Below, one piece after another: positions 6,636-14,738 of a DNA stretch of 18,407 nucleotides. The stretch is from a virus. Below the pieces are notes generated by a model. It had not been told where the DNA came from, searched no databases, and saw nothing but the letters and a program-made list of their open reading frames with translations. How positions within the stretch are numbered: the stretch's first letter is position 1; every line of letters starts with the position of its first letter. A program made the position numbers and the translations under genes. The stretch lies in UHGV virus genome UHGV-0077132. The stretch is one strand, 5' to 3'.

Positions 6636-7492
6636 TATTCGCACTCACCAACCAGATTGAGAATGACCGCTGCACCGTCGTCTTCCATGCATTCACCCTT
6701 ACCACTTGCCAGAAACCAGCGGCACACCTCCACGGCTTCAGCGCGTGTCACCGGTTTGATGGTTGCCAGCAATTTTTCAAGGTAGCGCTCGCGGTCATAT
6801 ACCGATTCGTGATGCTCAGAGTAACCAAACTCATCGCCCTGTTCTTTAGTTGCAGTGTGGCGAACACTGTAGAGCCAGTCCCAGTAAACGAACTCGCGAA
6901 CAACATCAGACAGCGTATAAGGCTCAGGCAGCACATCGCGATATCCATCAACAAATGCCCGACGCTGTTCATCAATTTCGTTCATGCGGCTGCCGCCAAT
7001 GCTTCCGGCTTTTTTCTCTGCCGCAGTCCAGCCCCAGAGATGATCGTTGATAAATTTCTGGGAAGACCTGATGACCCGCTCTGCTTCCACATCTTCGAGC
7101 GCTGCTTCATAGCTACCAAACGTAGCCCTGACTGATGCCGCTTTTTTGATGTTCTCCCGGGCGTTCCTGATAACCTGCGCAGGGTTATCCATGCCGATGA
7201 TGCCGAACGCAACTTGGAAAGGTTCGTAACCATTCGCCAGCAGATAACGCGAATAGCGTTCCTGAGCCTCTTTTGGGGAAATTTTAATTTTCACCAGCGC
7301 AGCCTCAGCAGCATCCAGATGTGCGGGTTCGTTCAGACGGATAACCTCCAGCACCCAAAGATAAGCATCAGTCTGCTTATGCCCGGTGATTCTCCGTTGC
7401 TCTGGCAGGGGCTTGATGTTTGCGAGGGCGGAGCTGTACGCTGCCGTCGGGATGGTGAATAGTGCTTTATGTTCGTTATTATCAGTACGCAT
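6635..7492 (-). CDS. Conserved phage protein of unknown function (nin-region position), 285 aa
   Basis: Long ORF translationally coupled at both ends (TAATG overlaps with the primase stop and the Q start); no motif recognised. Confidence 0.65.
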   Translation of the reverse strand: MRTDNNEHKALFTIPTAAYSSALANIKPLPEQRRITGHKQTDAYLWVLEVIRLNEPAHLDAAEAALVKIKISPKEAQERYSRYLLANGYEPFQVAFGIIGMDNPAQVIRNARENIKKAASVRATFGSYEAALEDVEAERVIRSSQKFINDHLWGWTAAEKKAGSIGGSRMNEIDEQRRAFVDGYRDVLPEPYTLSDVVREFVYWDWLYSVRHTATKEQGDEFGYSEHHESVYDRERYLEKLLATIKPVTRAEAVEVCRWFLASGKGECMEDDGAAVILNLVGECE

Positions 7493-8460
7493 TACGCAAC
7501 CGCCTTTTTCTTATGGAAAACCAGCTCTCGAACCTGATCACCGTTCATGAGCATATTGTTGAAATCATCGTGATCCGGCCAGTACACGCTCACGCGCTGC
7601 AGGTCATTCTTTGCCATCAGATTGGCATGAGCACATTCGCAAGCCGCAGCCAGCCCGGTGGCGCTGTTCTCGTCACGGTCGGCAAAAATAATCAGGTGCA
7701 GAACACCAGCTGGTACGCGAAACTTTTTCATAAAGCCGCTGTTAATGGTTGCCCAGGTGTTCACGTTATAAATCTGGTGCGCTGACAGCGCTGTTTCGAT
7801 GCCTTCGGCGATACCCAGAGTGCTGGCGACAGGAAACATGCGGATAGCTACAGAACGAGCGTGATCCAAATAGTTATCTTCCTGCAGGGATTTGAGGCGC
7901 TTTGCACTGCTACCGATATCTGCTTTTTTATCACCATCAAGCAGAGTCTGGTGCAGATAGCACAACTCCCCTTTATCGTCCGTAGCAAGTGAATAAAGAG
8001 ACTGGAACACACTCCCGTTGTGTCTCTGCCTGGCATTGAACCGGATCGCCTCAGCAGGAAGACTGAATATTCCACGAGAATTAAGATACGCTGCGCCGGA
8101 TGTACCACGCAGTGCCTCCAGTTTTGAAAACTTGCTCAATACCCGTTTGCGTAAGCTGGTGGCGCTGCTGGTTACCGGGATTTTAACCCGTTGGTAATCA
8201 TTACCGATCAGGCGGTCTATTTCGGTACAAATCTCGTTAAATGGCTTCGCCTGTGTCAGGGTGACAAGTTTCATACCATCGCCACTACCACATACACAGA
8301 TCCACGTTCCTGCACCGTCGCGGTCATCAATTCGGAACTTGCCACGTGCACCGCATACCGGGCATTCACCCTTGAAGTGATTTTTTCCTGTTATCGGCGG
8401 CAAGCCGAAGTGCTCTAATATTTCAGGCCAGCGGCCTTTCGCTGCAGCTGCTGTTTTCAT
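7492..8460 (-). CDS. Phage DNA primase-like protein (zinc-binding plus Toprim-like), 322 aa
   Basis: N-terminal Cys cluster CPVCG...WICVCGSGDG; follows the helicase gene with a 1-nt gap; typical helicase-primase replication module. Confidence 0.65.
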   Translation of the reverse strand: MKTAAAAKGRWPEILEHFGLPPITGKNHFKGECPVCGARGKFRIDDRDGAGTWICVCGSGDGMKLVTLTQAKPFNEICTEIDRLIGNDYQRVKIPVTSSATSLRKRVLSKFSKLEALRGTSGAAYLNSRGIFSLPAEAIRFNARQRHNGSVFQSLYSLATDDKGELCYLHQTLLDGDKKADIGSSAKRLKSLQEDNYLDHARSVAIRMFPVASTLGIAEGIETALSAHQIYNVNTWATINSGFMKKFRVPAGVLHLIIFADRDENSATGLAAACECAHANLMAKNDLQRVSVYWPDHDDFNNMLMNGDQVRELVFHKKKAVA

Positions 8461-8461
8461 C

Positions 8462-10120
8462 TTACTGACTCAAACTGTTTATATTTTTCTGGAGTTGTTG
8501 CTTTGCTTGCATGATGCGCCAAGCCTCAGTGCCTATTGGCATCTCGCTTCGCTCACCTCGTTCCTGAGACAGAGGAATCGTTGCCTGCAATTTTTCTATA
8601 GTTCTCTGCGTCCGCTGACGGCCTTTGGCAAACCGAATCAGCTTGTGTTTGATGTAGTTACTTACTTCTGGGCTTATTTCCATCGGGAAACTGCTCAACC
8701 CATCAGGCCATTCACCGAATTTCTCCCTGAAAGTGTGAGCACACCATCCATCACTGACTGGACGCCCCAGCGAAGCACGCTGGCGCTGATAAAATTTGAT
8801 CTGACTCCACCAGGACTGTTTCTCTGCCTTCGTCGACTGATGCTGATTTTTACCCAGCTTATTAAGTTTGCGGCTAGTGTCAGTATCAACGTCTTCACCT
8901 CGCAGCGGCTTGTGTCCACATTTCGGGCAAACATAGACGCCAACTGGCTTCATGTAGTGGCATTGAGGGCATTCATGTGGCAGTTTTTCGGCCCGTTCCT
9001 CAACTGCGCGGCGCGCGCTTTCCTCCATGCCATCAGACTTACCGGGAAGATCGTCGTACTCGATTGAATCCGGATAACCCAAACGGTGCACGGTGCCGCT
9101 GTGATCGAAGATAAGGCAGGACGCTTTACCCGGTGCGGTGCGCAGCCCACGCCCGAGTGCCTGCAACCAGCGAATTTCGCTTTTTGTTGGCCTGGCGTAG
9201 ATGATGCAACGAACGTCACTATCGAATCCGGCTACCAGAACGCCCACACTAACGATGATTTTCGTTGCACCGGTTTCAAAGCGGTGAATGATGGTCTGGC
9301 GCTCATCTACCGGAGTGTCGGCGGTCATTACCTCAGCGTTAACACCCGCCAGGTTAAACTGGATTGTCAGATAATTGGCGTGAGCTACGTTGACGCAGAA
9401 AGCGATGGTAGGTAGATCCCGACCATTCTCCAGCCAGTTCTGTACGATGTCGCCCACCAGCGTAGATCCGCACATGATTTCAGCCAGCTGTGTTTCGTTG
9501 TAATCGCGGCCGTACTCAAGCGAAGATGTGGTTTTAACACCTTTCAGATCCGGCTTAGTTGGCGCGTAAAATTCGTATTTACTCAGATCGCCACGCTGGA
9601 TTAACTCGCCGATGGTGGTCGGCTTAATCAGTCGGTCATAGTATTTGCCCAGGAACGGGGAAAACGGAGTACCCGACAGGCCAATCACCTTTACGCCTTT
9701 GCCGCGCAGACGTTCGATATCCTTCAGGATGCGTTTTTTACGCAGGTGCGCTTCGTCGATAATCAGCAGATCGATATTTTCAGGAAAAACACGACGAATA
9801 AGCGTATCAGCGCTGGCAATCTGAATTTTCCGGTCCGGATCGTAGTTCGGGTGATCCGCCCAGATATAACCGATTTCATCTCCAGGTAAACCATACTGCA
9901 CGAACCGATTAGCCGTCTGACCAATCAGGATGGTGTACGGAACACAGAACAGAACGCGCATACCACGGCTGACAAAACCAGCAACTATGAAGGCTGCCAG
10001 ACCCGTTTTACCGCTACCGGTTGGCGAGTACACCATGAAAGTGTCGTTTGCCTTCCAGTCACGGCGCAACATGTTTAACGCTCGTTCCTGTGCAAAATTC
10101 GGCGTGATCGTCAGCTCCAT
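8462..10120 (-). CDS. SF2 DEAD/DEAH-box replicative helicase, 552 aa
   Basis: Walker A SPTGSGKT, DEAH box IIDEAH, C-terminal zinc ribbon CPQCHY...CPKCGH; ATG at 10120 with SD GGGAG. Confidence 0.85.
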   Translation of the reverse strand: MELTITPNFAQERALNMLRRDWKANDTFMVYSPTGSGKTGLAAFIVAGFVSRGMRVLFCVPYTILIGQTANRFVQYGLPGDEIGYIWADHPNYDPDRKIQIASADTLIRRVFPENIDLLIIDEAHLRKKRILKDIERLRGKGVKVIGLSGTPFSPFLGKYYDRLIKPTTIGELIQRGDLSKYEFYAPTKPDLKGVKTTSSLEYGRDYNETQLAEIMCGSTLVGDIVQNWLENGRDLPTIAFCVNVAHANYLTIQFNLAGVNAEVMTADTPVDERQTIIHRFETGATKIIVSVGVLVAGFDSDVRCIIYARPTKSEIRWLQALGRGLRTAPGKASCLIFDHSGTVHRLGYPDSIEYDDLPGKSDGMEESARRAVEERAEKLPHECPQCHYMKPVGVYVCPKCGHKPLRGEDVDTDTSRKLNKLGKNQHQSTKAEKQSWWSQIKFYQRQRASLGRPVSDGWCAHTFREKFGEWPDGLSSFPMEISPEVSNYIKHKLIRFAKGRQRTQRTIEKLQATIPLSQERGERSEMPIGTEAWRIMQAKQQLQKNINSLSQ

Positions 10121-10533
10121 TGTGCAGCTCCCGTGCTGATGAGATAATAATTTTGTGATGTGGTTTTCATGGATTCCCCCTCACATGGCTGGTGGCCTCC
10201 CCAAAGGCTGCCAGCCTCCCTTCTGATTCAGCTCCTCTGAAAAATCACTCTTCCAGGAAGAACCCTTTTCGTTTCTCAACGCCTGAGCGCTTTGTACTAC
10301 CTTGCTGATACGGGCGTTTTTTTAAATTGCGCCCTTAAGACAGTGATCTACTTAACCAATGGATCTCTCCTGTTGGAAAAGACCCTATTCCTGCCCCAAC
10401 ACCCAATCCCCCCTTACCCCCCTTACCCTCTTCCCCATAAAAACGTACTACTTCCCTAGTACACATGAGGAGTTGGGTCAGTTGGTTGCCAACCTGAACA
10501 GGCACCTTTAAGCCTGCTTCTGTTCGGGTACCT

Positions 10534-10842
10534 TTAAACCCGAAACAATGAGGAGCGCGATTGCGTTCCTGCCAGGGGCGGCTGAGTTGTATACCCCTGT
10601 AAAGCTCTGCCCTGATTTCTCACAAACAAGCGGAGCCTTGTGTTTGCTTCGTGCCTTGCTCTGTTCTCCTTGCGGAATGAAACAGGCTCAGCGTCAAAAG
10701 TGATTTCGTATACCTCCGCATATTTCAGGGCGACCTTCCGTCTCAGTGACGGAGGCAGCCCCTGTAACTGCTGCTGAATCCACTCTTCGTCTGCCTGGCA
10801 GTACCTAGCTGGCATTTCAACCCTGACTAAATCCTGTTGCAT
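10534..10842 (-). CDS. Hypothetical early protein, 102 aa
   Basis: ORF in the cro operon, start 4 nt after the upstream stop; no motif recognised. Confidence 0.5.
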   Translation of the reverse strand: MQQDLVRVEMPARYCQADEEWIQQQLQGLPPSLRRKVALKYAEVYEITFDAEPVSFRKENRARHEANTRLRLFVRNQGRALQGYTTQPPLAGTQSRSSLFRV

Positions 10843-10845
10843 GGC

Positions 10846-10965
10846 TTACTCTTCCCGCTTCGCTATGAGGTTATAAACCCCGCTGATCGGGTCATACCAT
10901 ATGCTGCGTGGCAGCAGCTTCTGGAAGTAGCGCGGATCTGGCATTACGGTTGACTGTTGTGACAT
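10846..10965 (-). CDS. Hypothetical small protein, 39 aa (MSQQSTVMPDPRYFQKLL...)
   Basis: ATG at 10965 preceded by SD AGGTG and lying just after the cro-like stop; the longer ORF-track form overlaps cro. Confidence 0.3.
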   Translation of the reverse strand: MSQQSTVMPDPRYFQKLLPRSIWYDPISGVYNLIAKREE

Positions 10966-10972
10966 GTCACAC

Positions 10973-11173
10973 CTAACTATTTGTTTTCCGTAATGGAGAA
11001 AAAATGAGGCTCTCTTTAGATAATTTGAGGGTTGGTGAAACTTTAGATACCGCTTCCTCAATTCTTTCAGCCATTGCAACTGAGGGGCGCCTAAAACCCA
11101 GAGCCATCTGGTTCAGGTATGCAACGCTAGTCCCAGATAACTGTGCCAGCCGCCTCCATTCATCCGCGCTCAT
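10973..11173 (-). CDS. cro: Cro-like HTH regulator, 66 aa
   Basis: ATG at 11173 with strong SD GAGGAG; HTH segment LAQLSGTSVAYLNQMALGFRRPS; divergent from the cI-like gene across an operator-containing spacer. Confidence 0.6.
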   Translation of the reverse strand: MSADEWRRLAQLSGTSVAYLNQMALGFRRPSVAMAERIEEAVSKVSPTLKLSKESLIFSPLRKTNS

Positions 11174-11231
11174 GACTCCTCTGATTGAGAGCAATACACT
11201 GGACATAAAAAACCCCATACTGTATTGGTTA

Positions 11232-11255
11232 TTAGCAACGTGCTAACATTAGCAC
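11232..11255. promoter_or_regulatory. OR-like operator: three alternating half-sites TTAGCA-acg-TGCTAA-ca-TTAGCAC
   Basis: Overlapping palindromes at 11232-11246 and 11240-11255 in the cro/cI intergenic region; a further TTAGCTAA palindrome at 11291-11298. Confidence 0.4.
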
Positions 11256-11311
11256 ATGAGATCACAATACAGCAATACGCTGTAAAGCATTTAGCTAACA
11301 ATGAGACAAGC

Positions 11312-11767
11312 ATGGAAATCAAAGATATTCGCTTAAAAAATCTACAGACGGTAATCCAACGCAGCGGCTTAACCCAGACAGATCTGGCGTTAAAATGTGA
11401 GATATCACCCTCACTTATAAGCCAAATAATGACTAAGCGCAGAAATATGGGAACTGCTCTCGCTAGAAAACTCGAGGGGCGACTGAGCCTATCAGAAGGA
11501 TGGTTTGACATCCCCCACTCATTGCTGGATTCCCCATGGCATCTAGCTAAAATGAGGGAAAAGACTGGTGAGACCACTATTGATGAACAGCAACTAACTA
11601 AAAGAGAGACTCGACTTATTGAGTTATTCAGACAAATGCCTGAAAGCGAAAAAGACAGGATAATCAGTGAGTTATCTGAAAAGAAACGTAATTTTGACAA
11701 ACTACTTGATGAGCTAATGGCTGTTAAAGCATCAAGAATGCCGATCGACAAAGACGAAAATGAATAA
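11312..11767 (+). CDS. cI: cI-like phage repressor (XRE-family HTH, no S24 peptidase domain), 151 aa
   Basis: First ATG at 11312; N-terminal HTH LTQTDLALKCEISPSLISQIMTKRR...LSEGWF; C-terminal ~80 aa helical and charged with no Ala-Gly/Ser-Lys autocleavage motifs; flanked by the same operator motif on both sides. Confidence 0.7.
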   Translation: MEIKDIRLKNLQTVIQRSGLTQTDLALKCEISPSLISQIMTKRRNMGTALARKLEGRLSLSEGWFDIPHSLLDSPWHLAKMREKTGETTIDEQQLTKRETRLIELFRQMPESEKDRIISELSEKKRNFDKLLDELMAVKASRMPIDKDENE

Positions 11768-11801
11768 TAAATACAACGCACTATAAAAAAAACAGCAAAT
11801 A

Positions 11802-11850
11802 TTAGCATTTTGCTATTGTCAAGAATAACGCATAGCGCTACATTCACCTC
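11802..11850 (+). promoter_or_regulatory. OL/pL-like unit: operator TTAGCAtttTGCTAt overlapping the -35 TTGTCA, 17-nt spacer, -10 TACATT
   Basis: Same half-site as the cro/cI operator (11802-11816); -35 at 11816-11821 and -10 at about 11839-11844; followed by a 7-bp inverted repeat cacctca..tgaggtg in the leader. Confidence 0.35.
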
Positions 11851-11879
11851 AGCAAGTAAAAACAAGTGAGGTGAATGTA

Positions 11880-12410
11880 ATGTTAAATGATAAACATGAC
11901 TCTTATTCCGTAAACTCTCTGTTGATTTGTGCTCAAGCGGCACTATTAGGCGGTACCGCTTCAAACCATGACGTCATCAACCTCTTAGATGTTGCACAAG
12001 ACATCATCTCTTCAACTATGAATTCCTTTACAGATAGTAGCGCTCCCGGCGCTAATGTTGATTTATTTACCAAAGAAGTTAGCGCTAGTAATTCCCCAGC
12101 ATTATCTTTCGGTCAACGTATTCTCCAAGCGCGTAAATCAGCAAGTCTTCAACAACATCATATTGCCAGCGGTGCTGGAGTGACTGTTCAGGCTGTTTCG
12201 TTATGGGAAAATGACTCAGCAATTCCTACTTGCGACAAAATTATCCCATTGGCAAATCTTCTTGGCTGCGATCCAATGTGGCTGTTAACTGGTGAGGTTA
12301 CTCCTCCGGAGCAACCAAAAAGTGAGGAGCAGCAACACCATGACGCATCTCAACAAGTTTGCCCCTTATCTCGCGAAGCTCTTCTACGGAAGAACCAATA
12401 CCAATGGTGA
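11880..12410 (+). CDS. Two-domain protein: unknown N-terminal domain plus a C-terminal XRE-type HTH, 176 aa
   Basis: ATG at 11880 with SD GAGGTG; HTH LSFGQRILQARKSASLQQHHIASGAGVTVQAVSLWENDSAIPTCDKIIPLANLLGCDPMWLLTGE; first gene after the pL-like promoter. Confidence 0.6.
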   Translation: MLNDKHDSYSVNSLLICAQAALLGGTASNHDVINLLDVAQDIISSTMNSFTDSSAPGANVDLFTKEVSASNSPALSFGQRILQARKSASLQQHHIASGAGVTVQAVSLWENDSAIPTCDKIIPLANLLGCDPMWLLTGEVTPPEQPKSEEQQHHDASQQVCPLSREALLRKNQYQW

Positions 12411-12538
12411 CATAATCGCCGCTTCGCCCCTCAAGGTACATGCGAACATTTTTATCAATCATTGCGGAAACAGTCTCAATATGAAAACACTTCTGAGACT
12501 CGCTATATAGCAGAACATATAAGTCAGCTGAGGAAACC

Positions 12539-12904
12539 ATGAAAAAGTTCGAAAACATAACTGTTCTCCATGTTGATGACTTTGATTATACAAACCCGGA
12601 ACTTCTCCCGGAGGTTGTAAAGGCAATAGATGTTGCCGATATAGTGATTAGAGAAAAGAGAATTGTCAAAAACAGGCTCGTATGCACTTCAGGAGCAATG
12701 ACAGAAACAACCTCACAGCAAGATAATTACGAAGGCATTTGCCTGGAGCCTGATTCATTTGCGGTAAATGTTTATCATTTATTGCATGCAACACAGGTAT
12801 TACATATGTCCAGTAATCACGAAACGAAAACACTCGGCAGCGAAATTCTGAGTTTTGCATGTGAGTATACAAAAGCTGCTGCCGAAAAAGAATTAGCGCA
12901 ATAA
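12539..12904 (+). CDS. Hypothetical early-left protein, 121 aa
   Basis: ATG with SD GAGGA; no motif recognised. Confidence 0.55.
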   Translation: MKKFENITVLHVDDFDYTNPELLPEVVKAIDVADIVIREKRIVKNRLVCTSGAMTETTSQQDNYEGICLEPDSFAVNVYHLLHATQVLHMSSNHETKTLGSEILSFACEYTKAAAEKELAQ

Positions 12905-12982
12905 CAACAAATATGCCCTGAACGTTTATTGCGGTTTTATCGCCGGGGATTGTTACAACCTTAAACCACAGGAGGCTTTATT

Positions 12983-13096
12983 GTGACTTTTATAAAGAAT
13001 ATGGCATCACACAAGACCGCCTGCCTTATTGCACAATACGGTGAAAATTACATGCATATTGCCTGCTTATTTCTGCGTAAAGCATACGGGAGATAA
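12983..13096 (+). CDS. Possible small ORF, 37 aa, GTG start (VTFIKNMASHKTACLIAQYGENYMHIACLFLRKAYGR)
   Basis: Strong SD AGGAGG 7 nt upstream of the GTG; its stop sits just before the next start codon; below the ORF-track length cutoff. Confidence 0.25.
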   Translation: MTFIKNMASHKTACLIAQYGENYMHIACLFLRKAYGR

Positions 13097-13098
13097 TA

Positions 13099-13317
13099 AT
13101 GCATCAGAAAACAGCAGAACACGAACAAACCAGAATATTGCTGACCATCAAAAACGGGAAAGTAATATTCATTCGCCATGTTCATGACGATGAACTTGTA
13201 GGAACTCTTTCAACATTCCTGTTTATTGCAGAAAAGGCAGGATATGACGTTATTGCACCAGCAGATGAAGATGAAGATGAAGATGAAGATGAAGATGAAG
13301 ATGAAGATGAGGAATAA
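13099..13317 (+). CDS. Small protein with a C-terminal (Asp-Glu)8 acidic tail, 72 aa
   Basis: ATG with SD GGGAGA; C-terminus ...APADEDEDEDEDEDEDEDEE encoded by a GATGAA hexamer repeat. Confidence 0.55.
   Translation: MHQKTAEHEQTRILLTIKNGKVIFIRHVHDDELVGTLSTFLFIAEKAGYDVIAPADEDEDEDEDEDEDEDEE
13264..13311 (+). repeat. Hexanucleotide microsatellite (GATGAA)x7 plus GATGAG, in frame within the CDS 13099-13317
   Basis: Read directly from the sequence; the opposite strand gives the spurious poly-Ser ORF 13182-13397. Confidence 0.95.
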
Positions 13318-13322
13318 ATATC

Positions 13323-13904
13323 ATGCAATACGATGAATTCCAGGCTGAAGCAACAGCCAATGGTATACGAACTGGCAGTATGACGATTGATTATCACGAC
13401 GCCATACGTCGTCTGGATGCCGGAGAATTCGATACTCCTAATGTGCGAGGTTTACGTATCCTTCAGTGTCTGGCGCAAGCCGACGAAGCAGGATTACTGG
13501 GTAAACTTCCGGTTGAGATGAAGGTTGCTCAGTGGCGATGGTTGTATGTGACGACATTCATCAACGAAGAAGAAGACAAGAACGGCACAATTGATATCCT
13601 GAATGAACACGGAACAACTGAACACGCCGTGGTATATAACGGGATGTATGGGTTTATGACGATATATCCCGGCCCCATTCGATTTGCCTTACAACAGTAT
13701 ATTGAATGGAATTTAATTCAAAAATACGGCGAAGCTGAAGGAATGGGAAGAGCGCTGTTTCTTTATCAGAAAATGCTCACTACTTCCCCTGATAAAGGTT
13801 TCATTCTTTCAGATATGGGTCGAGAAGGGCTTGAAATCCTTCTGGATGAAATTATTAACGAAATGAATACTCATGGCATGCAATCCGAAACAGATATTAA
13901 GTAA
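13323..13904 (+). CDS. Hypothetical early-left protein, 193 aa
   Basis: ATG 5 nt after the upstream stop with SD GAGGAA; no motif recognised. Confidence 0.6.
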   Translation: MQYDEFQAEATANGIRTGSMTIDYHDAIRRLDAGEFDTPNVRGLRILQCLAQADEAGLLGKLPVEMKVAQWRWLYVTTFINEEEDKNGTIDILNEHGTTEHAVVYNGMYGFMTIYPGPIRFALQQYIEWNLIQKYGEAEGMGRALFLYQKMLTTSPDKGFILSDMGREGLEILLDEIINEMNTHGMQSETDIK

Positions 13905-13914
13905 AAGGGACCAC

Positions 13915-14163
13915 ATGACCGTTATCGAGTATATCCAGGAAAATCCAGATTGCAGTAGAGAAGATATATCCCTCGCACTTGGAAGAAGCGCAACTTCTAT
14001 CAGTAATGAATTATCACGGTTATTGTGGAATGGGTTAATAGTACGAACTGGAGAAAAAATCAAAATGATTCTGTACTGCGTAAACAATCTGCCGTTTGGA
14101 TACAGCAATCCCCTAAGTGTTATGTTCAACCAGTTACTTAAACAGGTAAGAAATGGCAACTGA
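13915..14163 (+). CDS. Small winged-helix-like DNA-binding protein, 82 aa
   Basis: First ATG at 13915; segment SREDISLALGRSATSISNELSRLLWNGLIVR resembles a wHTH recognition unit. Confidence 0.45.
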   Translation: MTVIEYIQENPDCSREDISLALGRSATSISNELSRLLWNGLIVRTGEKIKMILYCVNNLPFGYSNPLSVMFNQLLKQVRNGN

Positions 14164-14470
14164 CTCACAACTAACCATAGAAACGGCCCTGAATGTCGGC
14201 CTGGCGCTCCTTGGTTATTTTTACATCGTGTTCTGCAGCGGACGGTGGCTGTCGCTGTTGTTCCTGAAAAAATGGAATAAACGCCGTAAGCAGGATGAAC
14301 GCCAGAAGGCAATGAATGCGTTTTCCGAAGCCTTCGGAATTGACGGCATGGAACCAGGGGATCCAGCTCGCGCAATCAGCAGAGGGGGTGTAGTAATCCT
14401 TGTATATCGGAGTGAAGAGAAAAATGACGATCACAAAACAACGAGTAGAAAAAATCATATATCGCCATGA
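14153..14470 (+). CDS. Hypothetical small membrane protein, 105 aa
   Basis: ATG with SD AGGTAAG; predicted TM segment LNVGLALLGYFYIVFC followed by a basic stretch; overlaps the next gene by 47 nt. Confidence 0.4.
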   Translation: MATDSQLTIETALNVGLALLGYFYIVFCSGRWLSLLFLKKWNKRRKQDERQKAMNAFSEAFGIDGMEPGDPARAISRGGVVILVYRSEEKNDDHKTTSRKNHISP

Positions 14471-14738
14471 AATGGGACTGAACAGCGATGTCACTGCCGA
14501 AGAGGTTTATGACCTGGCTGTACTGGCGCTGAATTTATCAAATATCGCAAACCTGAAGCGATACGAGCTTGATATGGATGGTTGCGACTCGTGCGGTCAG
14601 GATTGTGGCGCAGATATGACTGAAGATCCTGATGGTGATTATGTCCTGTTTGATGACGTGGTTAAGTTGTTTGAATTTGATACAACCACTCAAAAGTTAG
14701 AAATCCCGGCAAAGGAGGCTGCCAGTGAGCAAGATTGA
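14424..14738 (+). CDS. Hypothetical protein, 104 aa, Cys cluster and acidic C-terminus
   Basis: ATG at 14424 with SD GGAGTGAAGAG; motif DGCDSCGQDCG. Confidence 0.45.
   Translation: MTITKQRVEKIIYRHEMGLNSDVTAEEVYDLAVLALNLSNIANLKRYELDMDGCDSCGQDCGADMTEDPDGDYVLFDDVVKLFEFDTTTQKLEIPAKEAASEQD

Noticed and set aside
6579-7785. Plus-strand and nested minus-strand ORFs (6579-6785, 6587-7135, 6748-6975, 6850-7050, 6982-7233, 7214-7462, 7462-7785) overlapping Q, the 285-aa gene and the primase
   Set aside because: Antisense or out-of-frame to translationally coupled minus-strand genes; Arg/Cys/His-rich junk-like translations.
7848-9415. Nested ORFs within the primase and helicase (7848-8108, 8191-8418, 8495-9067, 8695-8943, 8950-9219, 9086-9415, 9930-10139)
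   Set aside because: Inside genes supported by Walker A, DEAH and zinc motifs; no independent evidence.
10534-10842. Assigning the 102-aa protein to a named family (CII-like or PerC-like)
   Set aside because: I could not match it to the sequences I recall for lambda CII or PerC; left as hypothetical.
11004-11246. Plus-strand ORF overlapping cro
   Set aside because: Antisense to the cro-like gene and running into the operator region.
11170-11964. 264-aa minus-strand ORF spanning the cI-like gene
   Set aside because: Antisense to the repressor and crossing both operator regions; Ser/Leu/Ile-rich low-complexity translation from AT-rich DNA.
12298-12558. 86-aa minus-strand ORF overlapping the ends of two plus-strand genes
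   Set aside because: Antisense within a uniformly plus-strand operon and overlapping a well-supported start at 12539; kept only as a remote possibility.
13182-13397. 71-aa minus-strand ORF with a poly-Ser run
   Set aside because: Reverse-complement reading of the GATGAA repeat; an artefact of the microsatellite.
13809-14375. 188-aa minus-strand ORF
   Set aside because: Antisense across three coupled plus-strand genes; no SD.
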